A DNA stretch of 64,000 bases from Eledone cirrhosa. Its lineage: Eukaryota. The stretch covers positions 78,430,001-78,494,000 of the forward strand of contig OZ024745.1 in the NCBI GenBank assembly GCA_964016885.1, in the 5' to 3' direction. The notes beneath the pieces are model-generated. The model saw only the letters and a program-made list of their open reading frames with translations, was not told the origin of the DNA and did no database searches. A program made the translations under genes and the position numbers. Below, one piece after another: positions 1 to 12,938 of the stretch (positions are counted from its first letter, which is position 1; every line of letters begins with the position of its first letter).

Positions 1-929
1 TCAGATGCATATGAACTTTGAGCTGAGCAATCTGAATGGCGTTGAAGACATGAAGGCCACAGTAACTAATGTAATTCAAGATGAGCATAGCAGGAAAGTG
101 TTTATTTTCTTTTTTCTTTTGGGACAGAAGATCAGTGTCCGTCACCAATTCAAGACATCCAAGTTTGGTTGGGAGAGCGAGGAAAGTATCTTCAATTCGG
201 AAACCTGCACCGAATGCTTGCAACAAAATGGATTTCACAACATGTAGCCGATGCTGGCGACAAAACGAGTAACTGGTTAAGTCTAATGTCCAAGCAAGCA
301 ACTGTGGGATTTGAACTCAGAATGCAAAGATCCTGATCAGATATCGCAAGTGCGACACTTTAATAATTCCGTTAATCGATTTCCCTAGGCTGGTATTTTA
401 TTTTTTTGCTTCAAACATTCCTCCAATTTTTTCTACATCTTTTTCTCACTTGCCCTATATTACACTCACCCTCTCTCACTTTCTCCCCCTCTTTCTTTCT
501 CTCGCTCCCTTCCTCCCTGAAAAACATTCATTGTGTTTATACCTGGAGAGGGTTTAGGTCTCAACAGGTTTAAAATGTCCAAAACAATATAACCACAGTG
601 CCACAACGACACCACCAGAAATTAATTTCTTTCAATCAAAATCTTTCTCCAGCCCTGTCTTCATTGACTAACGTCTCTCCACACAAAAACTTCGGTATCA
701 TACACAAATCTCTCTCTTTCTCTTTTTATCTATCATCGTCTCTATCATTCGCCCACTCTCTATATCTCTGTGATTTTATCACATTGCATCTCTAATTATC
801 TTCTTTCCTTATTGAAGAACCCTTTCTAATTTCCACGTATCCTCTCTTACTAGCGCTTTCTATTCGTCTTTCTCATTTTCTTCCATCGCTCCTCTAATTC
901 CACTCTCTGCTCGCCTGACAGAATTTAAC

Positions 930-1272
930 AAAGTTTTTGTTCATACAGGTTAGTGTCTATATATACTTTATAGATAATGAACACAACCACAAGGATATGG
1001 TCCGAAAGTGGAAGAGCCGAACTCCCACTGTCATCGCCTTCATCTCTCTCGCCCTCCTCTTTTCTCTGTATGGTGAGCAAATGGGGTCCTACGTGTTGGC
1101 CTCCCGACAGCCCCGGCGGACAGAATTGAGGAGGCGTTTCCCCGGAGAATGGTAAGGGAGATGCGCTGGAAGAGCCATTCCAACACCTGCGGCTGGCCAG
1201 CTCAGCGCCTATGGTGGTGAGTAGGGAGGTAGCCTTAAGGCCAAGGACACCAGAAGTCTCCACTGCCTGGAA
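930..1272 (-). mobile_element. 5'-truncated 3' fragment of a CRE-clade non-LTR retrotransposon (restriction-like endonuclease C-terminus)
   Basis: Minus strand encodes AVETSGVLGLKATSLLTTIGAELASRRC; nucleotide sequence aligns by eye with 17005-17185 of the larger CRE copy in this window. Confidence 0.8.
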
Positions 1273-1885
1273 GATTTCTAACAGTCTCTTTCTCCCCTCT
1301 TTTATTTCGTACCTCGTTTTCAAAACAATTTCGTTCAAAGAGCACCGATGTTTCACTGTTGTTTACACCCTTCACTTACATACATCTGCAATGAAATCTA
1401 ATAAGATGGAAACACGTTTGTTACTTTAAAGATAAGACACCTTAACATTGTGTGTAGCAACTCCAAATTTATTAATTTGTCGAGTTGATTTAATTGTGAC
1501 CGAAATCTCACTGCTCAGTCTAGCAGATGAGACATCCAGACCAATTTATATCTGCAAACATCGTTAAACATTGATCGACACCATGTGGTTTGGAGCTTAT
1601 TCAGACTATTACCTCACAACAGATATAAAGGTATTTTGTACAGTGTAGGATATATCTAAAGACAATTCCACTGATGAGTAGCTACTTGTCTTTTGTTGAC
1701 TTTTACTGGAATCGATAATCGATTACTTGGACCGATTTCCACTTGCTTGACGTTCTCTTGGAACTGTGAAACAGTTCTGTCAAGAATATTACTTTTATCC
1801 ATCTTAAATATCTAAATTTTTTCCTGAATATTATTTGTATTATATGTACAAAATACTATGTGATTCTCAAACGATATATGACTCC

Positions 1886-1942
<57 letters not shown>

Positions 1943-2779
1943 TTTCTCAATCTTCAAATTTTAATTTTACTTTTGTAAATGTATTTATTCTCCTGATCAC
2001 GTTTTGATTCATGAAAACCTTTCAGTTTTTATCATCTGAAACATCAAATAAACAAACTTAAAAAAGATCTTTAAAATAAAATAAAATAGATGACTATAAA
2101 AATATTGAATGAAATTCCTACATATTTCTTTTTTCCGAATCTCTTATCACCAGAATTATGATAAACAAATGCTCTCTGTATAGAGTAAATCCTCAAATAT
2201 CTGCCTGTCTCTTGTTGTTGTTGTTGCTGTCATCGTCGTCATCGTTGTTGTTGTTACTGATGCTACTGCTGTTAGTGTTGCTGTGTTGTTGTTGTTGTTG
2301 TTGTTGTTGCTGATGTTGTTTTTATTACTGTTGTTTTCATACTTTCTAAACCTCAGACTAAATTATACAACGTTTTTGTTGTTGTTGTTTAAGACAGTAG
2401 AGTATGGTTTGAGGGAGAGTTCGTTGCGATTAAATGTTTGTTATATTTAAGATTAAATATCCATCATAAGCAGTTTTGGATAACGGATGAGTATCTATAT
2501 TTACATTGAAACAAAACAAATTAAGGTCGTGTGACGTTCATGCCTTTCCTAAGGGAATTACCAGCAAGTCAATTCCAATTACATGCGCCAACCCGACTCT
2601 GAAATGTAAACTTGGGGCTTTGTTATATATTTTAATTTTGTGTGTATGATTCCCCCACTTCCCAACGACCTGAATTACCCCGGGACCCAGAAGTTCCAAA
2701 TTCCATCCTGTTTGGCAACCTATATTGAAATGAAACATAATTGCTCTTCTGAAAAAATGTCCGTAAAAATGCCTACGAA

Positions 2780-3000
2780 TTAACAGAGCTGTTAAAGCGC
2801 TGGAAAAGATGCTTTGCAGTGTTTGTATCTGCTATGCATTCTGAGTTAAAATCTTGCTATGGTCAACTTACCTCTCATCCTTTTGGATTCGATAAATAAA
2901 GTTCCAGTCCAGGGTAGTGAATTAACAGAATTAACAGAATCGTCTACAGGATGCCTTATGGTATTTGTTTAATTTCTGTGCGTTCCGGTTTCAAATCTCG
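2780..3000 (+). mobile_element. old, decayed tRNA-derived SINE copies
   Basis: Degenerate ctgagttaaaatc...ggtcaacttacctctcatcctttt...gataaataaagttccagt resembling the young SINE family. Confidence 0.6.
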
Positions 3001-4062
3001 TCTCCTATCACTCCATTAACCGAAATTCTTCTTCTTCTTCAGTTTATGTCTATATTTCTGTACTCGCTTAAATCAGTGACAGTTACGCCATTCTTATCAA
3101 ATATGATAATATATATACGTGGAGCAGTATTTTGATACTCTCTACAATAGGGTTTCATTCGGTCTATTAAGCGGCCACCAAAAACTTGACCTCCAAACGA
3201 CATGGCAGAACTGATTCTCTTTATCTTGTATTGGCGCCAGTGATCTGGAGACAACTTCAGGTTAAATGAGATAAGTTTTTCTCTAGGTCATTCCATCTTG
3301 GTTTCTCGAGCGATGACGACATTATGCTCTTGTCCCTCAAAGGCGACATCGCACAGGAGTTGCTCAAGCAGTAAAGAGATATAGCGTTTTACCAAACACT
3401 CCAACCCAGTCGACAGTCGATAAAGGTTAGTTTATGTATCTGGTCAGATTACTACTACATTCACGCAAACCAACATAACACACAATTCACTTAGTTCTTT
3501 GTTGTTTTCCTCTCTTATCGACAATAGCTTCGAAGTAATAAAAATTCTTTATGTAGCGACAATGTTTACTTGTTCATTCCTCGGCATTTTCTCCACAGCG
3601 CTTATATATATGGAACAAATTTTACCTTATGTAACAAGCCAACAATTTAACTACTACAAGCTCTGCCACGTTCAAATAAACAACAACAAATACAAACCAA
3701 TTTATCCATCGCTACATCCAACTCTCAACACATTCATTTTAACTACACATTCGTGTTGCTACATGCGTACCTCACAGACATTATATACTTATCTCAAGTT
3801 AACGGCAATTTAATAGTTTTAAAAAAATCATTACACGTCGGCTCCTTCAATAGGGGAGTAACATAATGGATGCTGTCTATGAAAAAGAGAGAGATAATGG
3901 CAGCAAAAGATAAAATGGTGAATACTGGCGATAAATTTTTATAGTGGACATAATTGCTTGCCATCTTTTATTTTAATGATATCAATAAAGCCCACACCTC
4001 TTACCGAGAGAAATATATCCATAGGTGTAGGAGATATTAAATCAGAAATATATATATATATA

Positions 4063-6260
4063 ATCAGTGAGTGCAACAAAAACAGGAACCTATCCAACTG
4101 CATGATAGGCAGCATGGATGTGGTGTCACTGTACCCATCCATTAACATTGATTTTGCTGTGGAAAAATGTGTGGAGTTGATCGTTGAGAGTGAGGTGGAG
4201 TTCTGCGACGTCGACACAGACGAACTGGGCCTCCTACTTAGACTTACCTACGACACTGACTACCTAGACAGCCATGACCTTAGACGTTTCTGCCCTAGTA
4301 GACCCATAAGAGGTAGACCCCCCACCATAACCTCAATGGCAAAAAAGACTCCCATGGGAAGGTGGATTGGGTGGACCAAAGCTATACGGACCCCCCAAAA
4401 CAATGATCAGGTAAGAAAAATGGTCGCACATGCAAAACTACCCTAAAGGGCCACATATTTAAGTTCAACGAGAAGATTTACACCCAAAATGAGGGTGCAG
4501 CCATTGGCGTCAGCATAGCCGGTGATGTTGCCAACCTTTTCATGGTATGGTGGGAAAGGAGACTTAAAGACCTCCTTAATGAGAGCTCCATAGACCTCAT
4601 CATGTACTCTCGTTATGTAGACGATATCAATATAGTTATAAGAACATCCCCACTAGAGAGCACTAATAAGTTTGATTTAGAACGTAGCACAATGGAAAGC
4701 ATCCAGCAGATAGCTAATTCCATACACCAGAGTATAACTGTAACTATAGACTTCCCTTCCAAACACCCTAACAATAGACTACCTGTATTAGACACAGAAC
4801 TCTGGATTAACACTATAGACGAGAGAGCCCAAATTCTCCACTCACACTATGCTAAACCCATGGCCTCCAAATACCTGATACTCAAAAACTCAGCAATGTC
4901 CAGTACTGCTAAGTTTAATATTCTGATCGCAGATTTGGTACGAGTGATGAAGAATGTGTCCCGCATGTGCGACCCAACAGAAATGGAAAGACACATTCAA
5001 CACTTCATCAACCGCATGCAGTTCTCTGGCTACAACCAAAGAGACAGAGTCAGAGTATACGAAGGAGCCATGGAGAAGTATAAGACCCTCATAGAACTGG
5101 ACATGAAAGGAATTTGCCTATTATACAGGAGCAAATCATAGAATAGCTTAGATAGGGCTAGACATAAGATAGGGAAAGCCACCTTATGGTACGACAACCA
5201 GAGATACCAGAGTGTCATGTTTGTGGACGCTACCCCTGAAGGGAAATTAGCTAACCAGTGTAGAAAGGCCCTGAGAAAGACCCACTTAAAAATTAAGGTG
5301 GTAGAAAAGCCAGGAACCACCATAAAATCCCTGATCAGCAAAACCTACCCTTTTAAGAAAACGCACTGTACCAATAGGAAATGTATCATATGTAAGGTAA
5401 ACCCCCGGATAAACTGTAAAACTAGAAACGTAGTCTATAGCATAAGATGTACAGAGGGTACTTGCAGAAACATGACAACAACATACATAGGTGAGACAGC
5501 TCGTAGCATAGGTGAAAGGATAGACCAACACTGGAGGGAACTAAAAGGACGAAAAAACGGGTCAGTACTATACGAACATGCCAGACAACAACATGACGGT
5601 AACATAGACAACATAGAAATTAGAATAATATCTAAACATAGAAATGACCCAGCAGATAGGCAAATCAGAGAGGCCAGTGAAATAGAATTTAGAAGACCAA
5701 GACTAAACAGAAAGAATGAATGGAATAACAACAACACCCAAACAAACAACACTGACCTAAGAGAAGTATAAATAAGTAAATAAAATAAAATAAATAAATA
5801 AACAAATAAATAAATACATACACAAGCACATAAACACACACTAGTCACCCAATCATGAACACACATCACACATCAAACAAAACACTATACACACACGCAA
5901 ACGCATGGGCAAAGAAGACAAAATAAAATAAACAAACAAGCAAATAAATAAATAAATATATAGACAGACTGAATAAAAATGGCGTAGACATACAATACAA
6001 CGGGAGGAAATAATAGCACCACTGACGATGTTGCAGATGTGCAACGAAAGATTTATGATAAACTATATATATGTGTTTGTGTCCATATTGTATCTGTATT
6101 ATTTTTGACCGTCGGTCAGTCAATGGCAACATTGAGGACCGAGTAAATTAGGTTACCGATATAAAAGTCACAGAAGCGAAAAGCGAAAACCAACCAAACT
6201 GTGAGTGTGTTCTGTTATTAATTCTGGCAATATTACACAAATATGACCCTCCCCAAGTAT

Positions 6261-6267
<7 letters not shown>
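4063..6267 (+). mobile_element. Penelope-like element (Neptune/Nematis-type), 5'-truncated, disrupted RT + GIY-YIG ORF, flanked by (TA)n
   Basis: RT motifs GSMDVVSLYPSI, GAAIGVSIAGDVANLFM, SRYVDD, LPVLD; Cys linker CTNRKCIIC; GIY-YIG NVVYSIRC...YIGETARSIGERIDQH; broken into ORFs 3958-4446, 4542-5141, 5217-5771; 3' region carries a hammerhead motif. Confidence 0.92.
6019..6058 (+). ncRNA. minimal hammerhead ribozyme motif in Penelope pLTR (weak stem I)
   Basis: CTGACGA-T-GTTGCA gatg TGCAAC-GAAA-GATT-TA; stem II covaries with the sister copies (GTCACA/TGTGAC). Confidence 0.65.
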
Positions 6268-6296
<29 letters not shown>

Positions 6297-6356
6297 CTGA
6301 TTTAATATCTCCTACACCTATGGATATATTTCTCTCGGTAAGAGTATATATATATA

Positions 6357-7003
6357 TATGAATAAGTTAGTCCTTCATCAGTGATCTTCCATCCATCACT
6401 GGTATTTCATCGCTTTAAAGACCATATACCTCCGGTTGGTGCGAGCAACGGCTAAAAAAAGTCGTTGGGACACGTAAATAAAGGAGGCACGAGAGTGTAA
6501 ACAAACAAAGATGGTGAAGCAACGAAAAGTCGGGAAGAAGGAGTCAAGTCCCAAATTTCCATGAATATAAGTTCGGTGAAATCGTGATTTTTTTCTCTCT
6601 CTCGTCTACGATTTCACAGAACTTACGTTCACCGAATTCACAGACTAGATCCCTTCTTCCTCTCGTTAGACCTGTACGGAATTCGTTCCTTGCTCACATT
6701 CCAATCAGGTTTGATGGTCTTTATTCTCTCTCGTTCACGATTTCACCGAACTTATATTCATGGAAATTTGGGACTTGACTCCTTCTTCCTCACTTTTCAT
6801 TGCTTCACCATCTTTGTTTGTTTACACTCTCGTGCCCCCTTTATTTACGTGTCCCAACGACTTTTTTTAGCCGTTGCTCGCACCAACCGGAGGTATATGG
6901 TCTTTAAAGCGATGAAATACCAATGATGGTTGGAAGATCACTGATGAAGGACTAACTTATTCATATGTAACCAATTAGCAACCACGCAGCACGTTTATTC
7001 TCA
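6357..7003. repeat. fold-back element between (TA)n tracts: ~230-bp inverted arms 6357-6587 and 6735-6965
   Basis: Arms are reverse complements with about 6 mismatches; a related diverged copy lies at ~10255-10470. Confidence 0.85.
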
Positions 7004-7013
7004 TATATGTATA

Positions 7014-7102
<89 letters not shown>

Positions 7103-7134
7103 AGATCAAAAGATGGTTAAAGGAGTTCCATATA

Positions 7135-7201
7135 TTTTATTATGCGCATTTCAAAAACAAACATCATCAAGCAATAATATTTCTGTTTTCATCAGATAAA
7201 A
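7135..7201 (-). ncRNA. hammerhead ribozyme motif in the Naiad-like pLTR
   Basis: Minus strand: TTTTAT-CTGATGA-(long AU/GU stem II)-GAAA-TGCGCA-TA-ATAAAA; 6-bp stem I, palindromic stem III ATGCGCAT. Confidence 0.7.
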
Positions 7202-7294
7202 CAGGAGAACATGATATGAAGGCTAAAAAAACACTTGTTGATAGTGCAGTTTTAAATCAACATATGAAAAGTGGTTTTAGATTGATGTGTGATA

Positions 7295-7722
7295 TTGGGA
7301 AAAATATTTTATTTAGAGAGGGGGGGGAAAGGATGAAAAGGGAAGGAGATGAGAGGGAGAGATGGGTGATAGAGAGAAAGAGATAGTTTTTATAACTGAG
7401 AGGAGATATATTTTTTACATAGAGGGGTTGAAAACCGTTGGAAGATACTGTATAAATTTAAAATTTTGAAAATTAACGAAGGGAGGATATGTGCGAGGAA
7501 AAAATATTTTATTTAGGGAGGGGGGGTGGAAAGGATGAAAAAAAGGGGGGAGGAGATGAGAGTGAAGGTGGAAAGGGAGAGATGGGTGATAGAGAGAAAG
7601 AGATAGTTTTTATAACTGAGAAAAAGATATATTGTTTTAATATAGAGAGGTTGGGAACCGTTGGAAGATAATGTATAAATTAAAGGAATTTGAAAATTAA
7701 CGAAGGGAAATTATGTATGAAG
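7295..7722. repeat. ~200-bp imperfect tandem duplication in the Naiad-like 3' UTR
   Basis: ggaaaaatatttt...gggtgatagagagaaagagatagtttttataactgag...tgaaaattaacgaaggg occurs twice. Confidence 0.8.
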
Positions 7723-9013
7723 ATAGAGAGAAAAAAATAATAATTGTGGGTGAATATTCTAACGTCAAAAGAAGAAATGTATGTATTGTGGCAATTTCAA
7801 AATTAGCGAAGAGAAAAATTGTTAAGGTTTGTGTGTAGAAGGATTTGAGAAAAATAATGTGAAGTTAAAGTTTGTATATTGAATTGATATGTATTAATAA
7901 TGAGTTCGTTGATGGGGAGAAAAAAATAATAATAAATTAAGGATGAAATTGAGATTAAAAAGATTTATGATAGAGAGAAAAAATAATAATGATTGCGGAT
8001 GAATATTCAAAATGTCAAAAACAAATGTTATTATTTTACGAGAAGATAGAATGAGGGTAATGAGTAAACGAGTATTATAGAGTGTATAATGCCCTTTAAA
8101 GTAAGGTAGATGGGTATATTTTAAACAGGTGTATGTATATGTGCCTTTGAGAAAAGATTCTAAATTGATAAAGAATTGAATATTAACTGTATACTTTGTG
8201 AAAAGTTCTATGGAATTTATGCAGGCAGATAGAAAACAAATCTGAGCGTCTATTTATTATAGATTCTAGGTTAGAGATAATGGTAAATTTTTCATTTAGG
8301 CAGAGATTACAGATTTTAGATAGAGAGCTGTTCAAGGATGCAGAAGAAATCTTTTTCCAAAAGATGTTATATTTAATGTTTTTGTCTTTTAAGGACCATA
8401 TGAGTTCTGAGAGAGCAGTGTTAGTTCTTTTAAGTTTGTATTTGAAAGATGAATGATGATTATAGAGACGAGCTTTAAAAGAGGTGGAAGTGGAGCCAAA
8501 ATAGGTGAAGGAATTGGTGCTAGTTATAATTTTACATTCATAAATTAAGTTTTTATCGAGGCAATGGTTGTTGAGAGGACATTTATTTTTAATGCGGCAG
8601 TTGCAATTAGAGAGATTATTAATGAGTGATCTAGTGTTATCTATAGAAGGAATTGGATTGGAGAAGTTGTTTGCGATAGGAATAATAGGAATAATAGTTT
8701 CTTGATTTAGAGTTGGATTATGAACATTTAGCGAAGTTGTGTTTGACGTTGTATTTGGGTTTACAGAAGTTTGCCTAGGGTTTACAATGACGTCGGGAGT
8801 ACTATTACTGTTATTATGAAATTCAATATTGGAAGGAAGAGATTTAGTATTTAATATTTTGTTGTTGTGTTTAGAGATGATGTTGGAAATATTGGAGGAT
8901 GTAGAATACGAAAATTTGATGGTGTGTTTGTTAAATATTTTACTATAGATATGTGAGGGAGGGAAGCATTTATTTAAGGCACTAAAAAATAATTTAGGAA
9001 TATTGTTATTAAT

Positions 9014-9752
<739 letters not shown>

Positions 9753-9906
9753 TATAAGAACAACATTAAGAAAGATACTGTGATTACATATTTCTTAATG
9801 TTGTTCTTATACTGAATCTCCATCGTAACTACACACTACGAATGTGGAGAGCTTTCTCCTGATTACTCCTGTTTTTCACCAAAACAACTTTTTTACTAAA
9901 CACACT

Positions 9907-10011
<105 letters not shown>

Positions 10012-10249
10012 ATCACAGGAAAACAGAGTCAAGATAAATTAATAAAAACAATGAATAAAAACAAAGAAACAGTTCCTTATATTAAAACATTTCTCATTTT
10101 ACGATCGTTTCTAGGATATATATGTGTGTGATGGTATGTATATCATATAGTTCTATGTAAAAATGTTGCAAACTATCAGAGGGAATATACATACCTACAC
10201 ATATATATGTTGTCTTCAGAAATATATATATATATAAAACATGAGAAGA

Positions 10250-10606
10250 AAGAAGAATACTGCGTGGTTGCACATGGGTTACATATGATAAAAATAGTCC
10301 TTCACCAGTGATTTTCCAACCTTCATTGGTATTTCATCGCATTAAAAATCATATACCTCAGGTTGGTGCGAGCAATAACTAAATAAAGTTATTGGGACCA
10401 GTAATTCGCGTAAAGCGAGGAGGACAAGTAAACAACATAGAAGGATGAAAGCAAACCAAAGATAGGAAAAAACAAGCAACATGGTTATCCGGTCAGCATA
10501 AGCTGGGTGGATTTCATGAGCGATCGAGGTACAGACCGTCCGACGTGAGTGAGATGTGAGCAAGAAGAGAATCCACTACAAGCCAAACGGGAGGAAGTGA
10601 GAAGGG
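10250..10606 (-). repeat. diverged copy of the 6357-7003 (TA)n-associated repeat family
   Basis: Shares tgcgtggttgc...tagtccttca.cagtgat..tccaacc..cattggtatttcatcgc...catatacctc.ggttggtgcgagcaa. Confidence 0.7.
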
Positions 10607-10607
10607 G

Positions 10608-10640
<33 letters not shown>

Positions 10641-10642
10641 TA

Positions 10643-10724
<82 letters not shown>

Positions 10725-10916
10725 CTAACCTGATTAGTTTTTTCGTTGTTTTTGGTATTGTGTGGCTAGGTCTACCTACCGCAATTTTCAATTTGTCAAG
10801 CTGTCTAAACACATGTTATTACTCTAAGGCCTGCAACCTTATTGAGTGCTTTGCTGCTCATTTCTAATTGTAGGCAGCTTGGCCACAACCAAAGCTTCGA
10901 TTTTACTAAGCTTCCA

Positions 10917-10996
<80 letters not shown>

Positions 10997-10999
<3 letters not shown>

Positions 11000-11610
11000 C
11001 GTTTCTGAATTTGTTTGGCGGGATTCTTTGTCTGAGGGCGTGTGTTGAGACCGATCTTGTTATACTTTGGGAGGGTCAAATCACAGAGGCAATAAACATA
11101 AATGAACTCCAACCAAAATTAAATAGAAAACATGAATGGAACAGCAACATCACAACTTATAATTAAGGACAAAATGAAAACACACACACACACATAGAAC
11201 AAACAACCAACCAGTAACATGTAAATAAATAAATAAATAAACAGATATAAACACACAGAGACACCCGGATGTAACACATGCGCAAACTAAGCACACAACA
11301 CACACAAAAACAAGATGGCGTAGGACAGAACAAAGGAGAGGCACAAAAACAAAGAAAAGAATCCCCAGTCACTGAAGAGGTCACAGAATGTGTGACGAAA
11401 GAACTTTGACAATATATAAACAATCATCTGGTTGTGGAACTAACCGGAAATTTATAAATTCATAAATTTATAAATTCATTATAATAAATTGAAGTGAAAG
11501 CAATTGGTGCGTGTGTTTCTTATTGGCAACATGACCCTCCCAAAGTATAACAATATCGGTTTCAACACACGTTTTCAGATAAAGAATCTTGCTAAACAAA
11601 TTCAGAAACG

Positions 11611-11613
<3 letters not shown>
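10997..11613 (+). mobile_element. short Penelope copy (GIY-YIG C-terminus + pLTR) with a 5' inverted copy of its own 3' terminus
   Basis: 11079-11613 aligns with 35892-36414 (ITEAININELQPKLNRKHEWNS); 10997-11078 is the reverse complement of 11532-11613. Confidence 0.9.
11368..11410 (+). ncRNA. minimal hammerhead ribozyme motif
   Basis: GTCA-CTGAAGA-G-GTCACA gaatg TGTGAC-GAAA-GAAC-TT-TGAC. Confidence 0.75.
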
Positions 11614-11693
<80 letters not shown>

Positions 11694-12752
11694 TATATGT
11701 ATATGTACTTGCATGTTGACAAGAATTATCTTAGAAAGGTTAATATGGCTAGCTTATTTTCCTACATTGCGAAGATGAAGGCTGTCATTTATTTCACAAT
11801 TAGATCACCATTAATCCAGTCGACCTATAATTAAAGCTATTTCAGCCACGATCATTCCACTTTATAGTCAATATGTTGAGCTGATCTGAATGATATTCAA
11901 TTCGAAATTCCATATTCTTTGTTTTTTAAATTATGAAGTTCTGTATTAAGAGACTTATCTGAGCTAATACGAAGCAGTCAAAAGTGAAAGGCACATTAAA
12001 TAATATAATCCTAGATACACTGGGCCTGACAAATAAATCCCTGACGGGATAAATAAGTGTGAAGTGTCTGTGATCATAGGCCTGCTCAATGAAGCCTGAC
12101 CTAGTGTTAAACATCAACAAATTCTTTCTCTTTGTCATTTTAAGACGAAAGAAAATCTTAGAAATGAGTAACGATTGCACTCCATTCAAACAAAGCGTTT
12201 GAAGCTCTTATTAAGCACTGAAGAGTTGTGTCAGTCAGCTTCACCATCAAAAATGTGTGAGTGCGTATATGTATAACAATTTGTATACAGATATGTTTAT
12301 GTGGATATATTCGAGTGGGTGGTTGTATGTATATTTGTGGGGGCTGTATCTGTATGTGAATACAAACGCGTCTTTTGTCTTTATGTTTATGTATAAACGT
12401 GTGTGTATGTGTGCGTTGCGTTATCTATGTGTATGATGTCCTCTTATTCAAGTGAAACCGCCAACAACTTCCTACTTTAAATTATAGTCGAGTCACACGA
12501 CTGTAAAACAAATGACCTTGAAAGTATTTAAGAAATTCTTGCGATTGTTCTTGTAATTGTTATTGCCACCATTAGTATTATTGTTGTTAGTACTTATAGT
12601 TACTTTGTTTTCTCATTGACAACATGACTTCTTCCTCACTCAACAAAGAACAACACTACTGACATGATTTCCCTACATAACATTTCCTTTTCAACTAAGA
12701 CTCGACACGCATTTTTGAAGAAACCGTTCCCTACTTCCAACACCACACTTGG

Positions 12753-12938
12753 TTTGTCCATCATAAACTTTATTTTGTCCATCATAAACTTTATTTTGTC
12801 TATCATAAACTTTATTTTAAGCATAGAAATGAATGGATTTCAATCAAGTTATCGTAATTACTATTCTTGCATGTCGAGAAGCATAGAAATGAATGGATTT
12901 CAATCAAGTTATCGTAATTACTATTCTTGCATGTCGAG
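12753..12938. repeat. 21-bp tandem (x3) followed by a 60-bp tandem (x2)
   Basis: ttgtccatcataaactttatt x3; gcatagaaatgaatgg...gcatgtcgag x2. Confidence 0.85.

Larger units (their letters stand above)
7097..9016 (-). mobile_element. Penelope-like element, Naiad-like, 3' portion (GIY-YIG endonuclease + long 3' UTR/pLTR)
   Basis: ORF 8183-9016: KIFNKHTIKFSYS...CNCRIKNKCPLNNHCL..LIYEC..YFGSTSTSFKARLYNHHSSF..LSELIWSLKD..CNLCLNEK..INRRSDLFSICLH; (TA)n on both sides. The ORF-track N-terminus is microsatellite artefact. Confidence 0.85.

Noticed and set aside
1-280. Possible minus-strand retroelement thumb remnant (LALPTKLGCLE)
   Set aside because: Single weak motif; insufficient support.
6357-6965. 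A>G editing signature in the other inverted repeats (also 9186-9656)
   Set aside because: Differences are few and of mixed types; no clear clustered A>G bias.
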